NCBI RefSeq assembly: GCF_009914755.1
Contig: NC_060925.1
From: the human T2T-CHM13v2.0 reference genome, Homo sapiens
DNA length: 64,000 nucleotides
Direction: 5' to 3' (one strand)
Both the position numbers and the translations under genes were made by a program. Positions 53,644 to 64,000 of the stretch are shown piece after piece. Below the pieces are notes generated by a model. It was not told the DNA's origin and searched no databases. It was given only the letters and a program-made list of their open reading frames with translations. Position 1 is the first letter of the stretch; every line of letters starts with the position of its first letter.

Positions 53644-55176
53644 GTATGTTTTTAGTGGGGTTCTAAGATGAAAGAGGGTCTAGGCTTGGTGCAGCAATGT
53701 TGGCGTGAGCAGTCATTATATAACATTGAAGGAAAAAATATCATTACAGTATATGGGTATTAGGAAACTTTTAAATCTTAATTGTTACTGCATTCAATGC
53801 TTATGGGAAAATGTGCTCTTGTCATTTCCAAGAGATCTCATCAACATCAAGGGGTTGAGAATTTAAAATGAATAATATAGAAGTATTATTAATTAAACAT
53901 GATTTAGTCTTTCTTTTAAATTCCTTCTCAAAGCACCTATAAACACCTGAGAACCAGGATAGACTATAAAAGAATGAACTGTCAAGAAGTTATCCACCTA
54001 AATTAAGTAGAAGGTGAACAAAAAATTGCTGGTTTTTAGAAATCAACAGGGCAGAGAATGATAGACTGAACACAGGAGACTGAACACATGGTAAATGTGG
54101 AGCATGAGAAGTAGAATTTTCACCAGACTGTGCTGATAAAGAGCTTGTGAGTTCAGCACAGAACAGCAGTCAGTATCATCTTTTCTAAGTCATGGACCCA
54201 TCTAAATATCTGGCAAAAGCCATCTTCTCAACAAAATTTACAAGCCATCTCAAAACTTGGCAGACTAGTCAGAGGCTTCATGATTCCCAAGATAAAGACA
54301 TCTTGTGTAAAGTTATTTTTTAACTCACAGATTATTAGGGAATATAATGGATAAATTAATCTAATTCTTAAAAGCCTAATCTTGATTGTCCCCATATTTT
54401 AAAATGATTTTTATCTGTCTTTAGAATAAAAAATGTGTAGACTATTGGATATCTTGTGGAAATCTGCCCATTATCCACATTAAGGCTTAATTACAGGAAA
54501 GAACACCATTCATGTACAGAGAAAATTAGTTTCCATGGCTAAGTCAGTGGAGATATAAAACTCAACAAAAAGTTGGATGTAATTGAATTCTGCCAATAAA
54601 AATGCTTAATAATTTTCCTCGCTATTAAAGTTCTATCCGATAGTAAAAAAAAAATATTTTTTAAGTTTTAAAAGTAACTGAAAATAAGAAAAAAAGTATA
54701 AGTGGTTCAAGCATTAACTCATTTAGTATTATTTACGTATCATGCTGTGTGTAAGCGAAGAAAATATTTCACTTTATAAGCAATTTGCACTGCTATGGGA
54801 ACTAAATTTTCACACTTGGGGTGACTCAGGATTTTATTGCAAATATTTGTAAATCGAGTCCTCCCTAAAGCTAAAATCCATGCAGCAAATATACTTTGAG
54901 TTATGAAAATGCTTATAAGAATGGCATTTGGTATTTTTAAATGATATAAGTTATCCCTGCTCATATTAATTTTTGGTCAAATTATTAAATATCTCTGTTT
55001 TGAGCTGCATAATTTTACAATGGTAATGTAACAGATATCTAGCATATTATATTACATTTATATATGTTATAGCATGTATATTACATATTTACACTTACAT
55101 GCAACACATATACATACAAGCTTTTATATACACATACACACATATATACATATATAGCATGTATAATGCATATAAA

Positions 55177-55178
<2 letters not shown>

Positions 55179-55214
<36 letters not shown>
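55179..55214. repeat. (AC)18 microsatellite ~130 nt upstream of exon 78
   Basis: Seen directly. Confidence 0.95.
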
Positions 55215-55216
<2 letters not shown>

Positions 55217-55342
55217 CCCACAACAGGGAAGGAGGAACGTTCGCATTCCTTTTATTCTTCATTGCTGTCCTTCACAGTGCTTTTGGATTTGAGTGAACAT
55301 TTTTTTTTAATGTGACATTTTATAAATTTGACTTTTTTGCAG

Positions 55343-55446
55343 AAACCTGGGGCTGAACCTCCAGAAGAAGATGAAGGCACTAAGAGAGTTGATCCTCTAC
55401 ATCAGCTGATCCTTCTGTTTAGTCGGACAGCTTTAACAGAGAAATG
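55343..55446 (+). CDS. RYR2: RYR2 exon (~78), 104 nt: [34 protein letters not shown](C)
   Basis: ttgcAG acceptor, ATG|GTATGG donor. Confidence 0.96.
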
Positions 55447-57001
55447 GTATGGTTGGGAGGGTTCCTATGAGACATAGGAGGAGCAAATAAAGACACCCGT
55501 GTCTGAGTATTCTGTGCCATGTGTTCATGTTTTAAGTTCATCTTGTTGTTGTTAGGAGAGAGAATTGTTCAAAGATAACAACCAGCCTGGCATGTACCTA
55601 GGGACCGACACTCATTCAATTTTAGGCTTCAGCAACTACCTACTAGTTCTAGTTTTTCTTAACAACTTTGTAATTAATGATGTAGTTGATTCTGATTCTT
55701 CTTATGAAATGGTTTTTCTGTTTATCACAAACAAACTTTATAAATAAAACAAAAGAACCAAAGCAAATTCCAGTGCCGCAAGTGTATGGAGACCGATGGT
55801 GACCCCAAATTTTCTGGGTAGATAGTGTCTCCATTGTGCAGTGGGTCTTAGGAAACCTCTAGAGGCTAAGTGAGCCATCACCTCAACTTGGAGGTATCTC
55901 TGAGATCTATTTCAAGGGCATTGCCCATTTTTCTTGTCTTCTGCAGCCTTAGTCATATGAATTCACCAAAGCCACAAAGGGCAAACCTCTCTGAAGTTAC
56001 ATAAGAAATGCACTGGTAGGCCTGATCGTCAAAATGTGCTCAGCATCTGTCATTACGGAGGGCAATGCATAAATTGGCTGTGCAGATGGGACATAGCAGA
56101 GGCTAGAGGACCTTTATCTGCTGCCCTGCAATGGGAAAGAAAGCCTGTTTTGCCCCCAGGCCTTTCCCATTCTCTGCAGAATTTGGGATGTAATTTAATT
56201 AAAAACTCATATCCACATGAATCTCCTCAGAAGAGTTCATTTGACCTCTTTGCCTGCCATAATAATGTACATTTCTCCCTCTTAGCTAATGTGATCTATC
56301 CTTTCTCTCACTATTTCTCTCTCTCTTATTATTTCCTAACTAACAAAATCATCTCATTCCTAAGCATAGAGCAACTCTCTCTCTGGCATTGTCAGGTAAT
56401 GAGGTATTTCTCATAAGTGAATTTTTCTCATGGCTGAAGTTTAAAACTGCTGAAATAACTTTGCAAATTTTAGGTATATTTTTGGTGGAAACTTTTCTTC
56501 ACGTAGTCATGGTTTCCATGCTTCTCAAAAAGAAGATAATAAACATATTTTAACCTTTCTTAATTTTTAGGGATCATTATTATGGCCATCTTGTTTTTTA
56601 ATTGTCATATCATAATTTGGGGACTCTTTCCATCAAATGTCAAATTTCACTTCTGTCAAAAGCCCCCACCTCATTTAAGTTTGCTTGTTTCAAGTTTTGT
56701 AGTCTGAAGAAAATTAAAATTATTACATTTGTATGTAAACCAAAAGACAGTTTATTTTGTGAAAATTGAAGGCCCTTCTGTAAGGTAAGATGGGACAGCT
56801 ATTTAGGATCCCCGGGATCTTTGCTTTCTGATTTCAGGATATTTCTGAATATCCTAATATTGTCTTAGTTTTGTGTTCATTTAATTTTAAAAAGGTATAC
56901 TTGTTAGAAAAAGAACAAAGGTTATTTTAAGCAGCGATGATACGTGTGCATGTGCCTAGCCTTCTGCTTAAACACTGATGTTTTCTTCTTGCTTTCCCCA
57001 G

Positions 57002-57053
57002 CAAACTGGAGGAAGATTTTTTATATATGGCCTATGCAGATATTATGGCAAAG
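57002..57053 (+). CDS. RYR2: RYR2 exon (~79), 52 nt: KLEEDFLYMAYADIMAK
   Basis: ccccAG acceptor, AAG|GTAAAT donor; the next exon was not found in the window. Confidence 0.96.
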
Positions 57054-57423
57054 GTAAATAAGTATCCTTCCTGATTTTCATGTTTAATTTTAATAAAGGG
57101 AAGTAACTTTCATCTGAAAAGGATAAGAATCTGTGTATTTCATTAATTTCAACTTTTTGTTTGTAGCATGAATCTCCGTTCTAAATTCCATGGCAGGTCA
57201 TCATTGTTTCCTACTTAAACATTTTATTTATGAGGAGCCATAACTTTTTCTAAACATTCATTCATTCAACAAATATTTGCTGGACATCAATATATTGGAG
57301 ATAACATGTGAAGAAGAAAGAAGGGCACACACTACACCTTTGTGGAGTTTTTTGTCTGATGGGGAAGATAAAGTTTAAGCAAATGGTTGTAGAAAAACCC
57401 TGATGAACTTAATGGCAGAGAAA

Positions 57424-57791
57424 TGTATCCCTCCATTTTTACACTGCTATAAAGAATTACCTGAGACTAGGTAATCTATAAGGGAAACAAGCTTAATTAA
57501 CTCACAGTTCCACATGGTTGGGGAGGTCTCAGGAACTTATAATCATGGCGGAAGGCAAAGGGGAAGTAAGGTACATCTTACATGGCGGCAAGAGAGAGAG
57601 AGAATGGAGTGGGGGGCTGTCAAACACTGTTAAACCATCATATCTTGTGAGAACTCACTCACTATCGTGAGAACAGCATGAGGGAAACCGTCCCCATGAT
57701 CCAATCACCTCCCACCTTGTCCCTCCCTTGACACTTGGGGATTACAATTCGATATAAGATTTTGGTGGGGATACAGAGCCAAACCATGTCA
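57424..57791 (-). mobile_element. MaLR solo LTR (THE1D/MST-like)
   Basis: TG...CA termini; 5-bp TSD AGAAA at 57419-57423 and 57792-57796. Confidence 0.92.
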
Positions 57792-58901
57792 AGAAACTCT
57801 TAGGAGTATTGGGAACAGGTCCCATGGCATAGTAGTGAGGTCTGCTTAAGGAAGTCTTTGGCTGTTGAACCATGAGTTGGCCATGCAAAAATAGTACAGC
57901 TTAGTATTTACTGAGTGTTTATGTCATTTACTCCTCTTGACAAGTGGATAAATTGAGGATAAAAGTGGAGTGAAGGTTTTGCTAAGGCTTCTCACTTGGG
58001 TACCATGTACTGAGATGGCTGCACCAGAATAATTACAGGCCTGGGGTGAAGAGAGAAGAAGGCAAAGTAAATTGTGGATGCGTTAAAGATGCCTGTGAGA
58101 CATCTAAGTGGAGGTGTCAAACATGCAATTAGACATTCATGTCTGACATTCAGTATCTCAGGTAAGGCTTATAAATATAGACTTGGAATTTATCAGCATT
58201 AGAAGCCGTAGGAGTAGATGATCTTACCCAGGAAGAGATGACAGCATGAGGAGAGGAGGAGGCCTAGGACCTAGCCTGTAAGGACACAGAACATTAAAAG
58301 ATGGTTAGAAGGAAAGGAGCTCATAAAAAAGTTGGAGAGAACCTTAAGTGTGAGCTAACATAGGAGCTAGAAGCTATAGGACTTATTGTGTGGTCACCAA
58401 AATCATGTTCTGCTGTGAGGTTGAGCAAGGTAGGGATTGAAAATCTCCAGATTTATTTCATGTATATCACATAAGCAGAGTAAGAACAGCTTCTGCGGTT
58501 TGTGGAGAGGGGCCATGGAGTGGGGACATGCTGTAGTGTGAGAAAGTAAGTAGTGATTCAGATGTGAACAGAAATAGTATAGTTGTTTCTTCATTGCAAA
58601 GATTGAGAGGGAACAGAAAGATATAAGGTAACAAATATCTAGATGGAATTGTGAGGTTGAAGGGGATTATTTTTGTTTGTTTGCCATTTGTTTGCTTGTT
58701 TTTAAAGAGAGAGCCATCTAAGCACACATATATTCTGGTGAGAAGGAGCCAACAGAATAGGAAAGGGAATCATTTGTGAAGTGAGGTCTGGAGTCCATGA
58801 GACCTGCTGGAGAAGACAGGTTACAGGACATAAGGGAAAAGCCATGGCTTTCTAATTTATTTTAAACTCTAACCTACAGCAAGAAATACATTTACCCGGT
58901 A

Positions 58902-59242
58902 CAGTCATCTCTCAGTATTCATGGGGGATTGGTCCCAGGACCCCCAGTGGGATATCAAAATCCAAGAATGCTCAAATCCCTGACTAATGGCATAGTATTT
59001 GCATGTAACCTACACACATCCTCCTGTATACTTAGATCATCTCTAGATTACTTATAATACCTAATACAATGTAAATGCCAAGTAAATAGTTGTTCAACTC
59101 TATCATATTGTTATGGAATAATGATAAGAAAAATATCTGTACATGTTCAGTACAGACACAATCACCCATTTTACTTTCTCCAAATATTTTCTATCCACAG
59201 TTGGTTGACTCCATGGATTCAGAACCAATGGAGGGCCAACTG
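58902..59242. mobile_element. MER2 (TcMar-Tigger) MITE
   Basis: TA-flanked terminal inverted repeats CAGTCATCTCTC...GAGGGCCAACTG; MER2 internal sequence CATCTCTAGATTACTTATAATACCTAATACAATGTAAATGC. Confidence 0.88.
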
Positions 59243-59475
59243 TATATTTATAGAAACATAAAACTGTATGTTTAAAGTAACATAAAAATATATGCCATGA
59301 AAGAAAAGTTTCACAAAATTTTACTCTTCCTATGAGCAATGTAGTCTGAACTTTTCCATTCTATTTAAACAGAGTTGTTTTTATTTTATCATGAATCACC
59401 AAATTGTTTTTATGTCTGATTGATGAGCTGAAACACATAGTTTAATAAACACTGGGTTAAAAGATAAAAGGATAG

Positions 59476-59775
59476 GGCTGGGCACGGTGGCTCACACCTA
59501 TAATCTCAGCACTTTGGGAGGCCGAGGCGGATGGATCATTTGAGATCAGGAGTTTGAGAGCAGCCTGGCCAACATGGTGAAACCCCGTCTCTGCTAAAAA
59601 TACAAAAATTAGCCAGGCACGGTGGTGCACACCTGTAATCCCAGCTCCTCAGGAGGCTGAGGCAGGAGAATTGCTTGAATCTGGGAGGCGGAAAGTTGCA
59701 GTGAGCCGTGATTGCACCACTGCACTCCAGGCTGGGCGATGGAGTGAGAGTCCGTTTCAAAAAAAAAAAAAAAAA
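59476..59775 (+). mobile_element. AluS (Sx/Sz-like)
   Basis: Full dimer; TSD AAAAGATAAAAGGATA. Confidence 0.93.
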
Positions 59776-60379
59776 GATAAAAGGATAAAAGATACAAAGG
59801 GAAGAAGGGAAGGCTGCCAGGATAATGGGAGGTTGGAAATGTTTCCTTTTAAGGTTATTTGCTCGCTCTCTCTCTGAAGACAAAAGGACAGTCACCTGCT
59901 GACACCTAAGTGTTTGATGAAGTCTATAAAGGAAGGCTAGAGGAGAGAGAGAAGCAAAGGAAGGCTGGAGGAGAGAGAGAAGCACTGAAAGAGACATCGT
60001 GGCAATTGGCATGGCACATGGGCTAGAAATTAAAATAGGACTCACGGACTGTGAAGGAAGCCTGGTTTATTTTAGGCTGTTGTCTACGAATTTGTAGCAG
60101 TAATGCTCCCCCTGGCTGTGTGAGGACAACTAGCAATTCTCAGAACCAAATGCAAATTCTGAGAAGCCAGGAAGTTAGATTCATCAAGGGTGAAGATTTC
60201 TGCCAGACTCTTGTTGAGAACAGTAGATCAAAGCAGGTTTGTATGTTGCTAGGAGGTGGCTTGTAAGGAAATGAAGAAAGAGGGAGGTGAGAAAGAGATT
60301 GTAGAGCAGCCCCCAGCCTGGGTGTTCTCTGCAGCTGAAGAATCGAAGTGGGCTGAACAGGTAGAAGCTCCTGGTTTGA

Positions 60380-62900
60380 GAATAGGTAGAAGCTCTTGAT
60401 TTAAGAATAGGTTGTTTCTGATTGTTAGAGTTCTTCCTTGTGAGTGAAACTGAATTTGCCTCCATATTGATTTTGTTGGATCCTAAAGCTAAATCTAGTT
60501 TCTTTTGATAGATGGTCAAATATTTGAGGAGGGCTACCTTGTTGATGCTTTATCTCAAATTTTCCCCTTCATAATTAAATAATCATATTCATTTTATTGT
60601 TTAATGTAACTCAGGGATGTCCAGCTTGCACCACGCAGTTTGTTACACTCGGCACATTCTCCAGTATATTCATATGTGCCACCCAGAAGTTAATCAAACA
60701 CGGTATTCCAGTTACGACCTCACCTGCGTAGTGTGTATGGGAACTGTACCCTCACTTGCACTGCCTTAGGATCTTATACATTTGCCATCAATGGCAAGAA
60801 TGCATTAAATTTTCAGCCAGGTCATGTCAGCTATCCTGTATTATACTGTTGACTTTTAATTTTTTAATTAAGTATATGTCATCATTTCTATAATTCAAGT
60901 CAGACCATTGCCCCAGGCTGAAATCTTTCTAACATTTGATTCTGTCATACACTGTTATCTCTTTCCATTTGTGTTAACCACAAACTTAAGTGTGATTGAT
61001 TTCTCTGTTTATCTCAGTTGGTAGTGTGCAGCTGAAATTTTTATACCCTTTCCCAGACTGGTTAACCTACTTTGTTTTCAATCCATCTAAACATACTTTT
61101 ATAAAACTCATATTTCTCATCTCCTTTCATGAGATTCTTAAAGAAATCAAGATGTTACTGTGATTGCTTAAACTCGAATTCTAACTTTGGTAAAACTGCC
61201 AAAGATGGATGAGTATTCCTCAGTGATTTGCTTGATAACCCATTTTAGACTATTGTTGATTATTAATATCGAACTTCCTAGCGGGTAGTTTTTGGAAGCT
61301 GTCTTTCCTCATTTTAAAAATTAGCATCCCAGTTGTCTGGAACTTTCACTTGGCCTTCATGGTTTCTCGGTTTACCAACAGTCATTCTGCATCCACGGAT
61401 GTTACTTTTGCTTTGAGTCTTGATACTTGAGACTTGAACTCACTTTAAGAGACTGTTGTATGTGTCTTCCTCCACCACTGCAGGTCCCTTGGAAGGCATC
61501 ATTTATATCTTACTTAGGTTTTTGTTTTTCAGTTTTAATTGTTTTTTAAACTTAGGAACACAGAGTTGGGTTAATGATAACTCTGAATTCATGATACACA
61601 GTCACTGTTAGTCCACTAGTGTCTACTTTTAAAGTTACTTAGTCATTTCTAATAATGTAGTAACTACCCATAAACCCACTTCTGACAAGAAACAACCTAG
61701 AGAATTTACGTGTTATCCTATGGGCTTCTCATTAACCTATACCCTGTCTCCCCACACAAAGAAACCATCATTCTAAACCTTGTGCTCAAGATGCCCTTGC
61801 TTTTCTTTTCATGTAGTTTTCATTTATTTATATATAGATAGATAAATTTTCATATATATATAATTTAAGTTGTTACTGACTTTTAAAAGGGCAGTAGGCT
61901 GTGTGTAATATTTTGGGCTCTACTTATTGAATTAATAGTGTTTTCTAAGATTCCTCCATACTTTTTTGTGCTGTTGGAGTTCATTTTTTTTTATTGTTGT
62001 GTTATTTCCCTTTGGGCAGATATACCAGAGCTTATCCATTTACCTTTTTCGTTGATAGACTTTTGTATCACCTCTGTGTTTTTGCTAATGTGAACAGGGA
62101 TTGAATGCCTATTCTTATCCATTTCACCTATCTTACAAGAGCTACAGGGTGTACCCATTTTCAAATAAAGGAACAAATGTCATACTGTTTTCCAAAGTTA
62201 CTGCATCAATGGACATTCTTAACAACAATGGTTAAGAGAGATTCTGGTGATCCACACCCCCTCCAATATTTGATATATGAGTTACTGACTTTTGTCAACC
62301 AAATGGGTATGAAATGGTATTTTGCTGGAGTCATGATTTTCATTTCTCTTGGCTAGGTACTTTTCTGTATTACAAACATCACTTCTTTCTGAAACAAAAG
62401 AGCTGATGAGTGGTTCTGCACGTCCTCTCTATTATGATGAGTACAGCATCTGCTCTAAATCATGTGCTTACTGCTCCTTGTTGACCATACTTTGGTGATA
62501 ATTTGAAAAATCATTTTACATCTTTGTATCTTTCAAGCCACACTTCATTCTAAACTCTATTCCCCTACTCCTATCATATATACTTCCTCTTTAAAAAATC
62601 CTATGGAGAACTTCAGTGCATCCCATCGGTTTGCTGTTGCCACCCCTTTTTGTCTGCATCATGCCTACCCTGCTCGATTCCTTAGAATGTCTCTTTACCA
62701 GCTGTCATCCCTCTTGGACTATTTGAAGCTGCTTCACCCCAACGGTGGTTTTACCAATTTGAATAAGGTAACAGTATGGAGGAAGATATCTGCAATGATA
62801 TCACAAATTAAACACTCAACAATGTTGCTGCTGTTTTGAGTTTCCAGCTAAGGGAACTCTTTCCTCCTAGTTCTCCTCCTTCTCTTATTAACTTTTTAAA
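60380..62900 (-). mobile_element. Highly diverged ancient LINE fragments (L3/CR1-like, with an L1ME-like insert at ~61560-62360)
   Basis: Only scattered phrase-level resemblance; boundaries approximate. Confidence 0.4.
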
Positions 62901-64000
62901 ATATTTAAGATACACATCGTTATGCCTAGTGTTCCATTCTTTCTTGGTTAAAAGTATAAAATGCTGCGGTCACATTCTTATGAGTTTCTCTCTTCTGTCT
63001 CACCCATGAGCTCTCTGTTAGTCAGATTTAAATCCACAATGAAAGTTTCTGGGTTTTGATTCCTTAGTCTTCTGCGGAGTTATCAAATCAGAAAGGCAAC
63101 TAAGGAATGCATGAAATATACTTCTGTGGCAGAATGAAATTTTCAGCAGATACTGGCAAGCTGAAGAGCCCTCATTACTGTGTTATGTATTCGTGCTGCC
63201 AGTTTTGAATTCTGTTGTGGATACCTGAATGATCTGACATATCCTCCATTTTATTTATTTTCTTCGAAATTATTTATTCCACACCTGCCCCTTTATGTAT
63301 TTAGCTTATTCACCTTTTCCTTCCTGGCAAAAGAAGGACTCTTCCTTGTCTAGAATTTAGCATTCTGATCCAGAAAGCCAAATCCTGCTACAGGACTGTC
63401 TAATATAACTTCCCATTTGCTTAGCATTATCATCTATGTCACGTGGATGCCATTTGCTATTGAAGAACATATCTTTTGTTCCAGTAAATCCTTCTGTTTC
63501 TCTACAGTATATTCAAAAGCTGCTAGAAATCTGATACCTTTTTTGTTTGTGTGATCTTAGCATATTCTCAAGCTAATTAGTAGAAGTTTAAAGTAGTTTT
63601 TATAGGTTTGGTGAATTTGTCAGATACAGTCTGTACACCAAGTAAATTCAGGTTTAATAGTTTTTAAAAATCACAAATTTTAACTTCATTAGGAGCAAAT
63701 CTCATTAAATTTTCCTAGGAAGATTTTTTTAAAACAGTTAAAATATTTTATTTCAAAATACTTTTTTATTAAAAATTTTTTTCAGCTAGTGCTTTAAATG
63801 GATTATCCCTTTGTACAAAAGCAAACATGGCTTATGAATTTTATGGCTTAAAAACATATCATTATAATCCCAAATAACAATTTGTCTGAATGTATTCTTT
63901 ATCTCAATCCTTGTGTCTCTCCTATGTTTCTGAAGGTCATGAAATTTTTATAGAAGACTATGTCTTTGAGAAAATGTAAAATTTCATATCCTTGAGACAT

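Overview
Human (or very close primate) genomic DNA, AT-rich and containing Alu, L1, L2, MaLR and Tigger repeats. The window lies entirely inside RYR2 (cardiac ryanodine receptor, + strand). I reconstructed 19 consecutive coding exons totalling 2,261 nt that splice into one open frame. They correspond to about residues 2944-3697 (exons 61-79 by my recollection of RefSeq numbering) and include the calmodulin-binding domain. I found no second gene, structural RNA gene or CRISPR array; the long intronic ORFs in the track come from Alu, LTR or L1 sequence. The main signals concern splicing. (1) The 36-nt RYR2-specific exon 75 ends in a non-canonical GG donor (CTG|GGAAGTA), making a GG-AG intron. 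QKI-type motifs follow the donor, and a 36-bp tandem duplication covers the next branch-point region. (2) The frame-shifting 50-nt exon 63 has a 114-nt AG-free pyrimidine tract upstream and five TGCATG (RBFOX) motifs within 34 nt downstream. (3) An AG|GTGAGTAT site resembling a recursive splice site lies midway in the longest intron. (4) A 19/20-nt copy of the exon 71 3' end, with a strong donor, lies in the intron equivalent to the RYR1 ASI microexon position. There are also DNA-repair and transposon scars: a templated 70-bp insertion, a fused inverted-Alu junction and a 93-bp triplication inside an MSTA LTR. These are hypotheses from sequence alone. I believe the exon 75 GG donor has been reported before.
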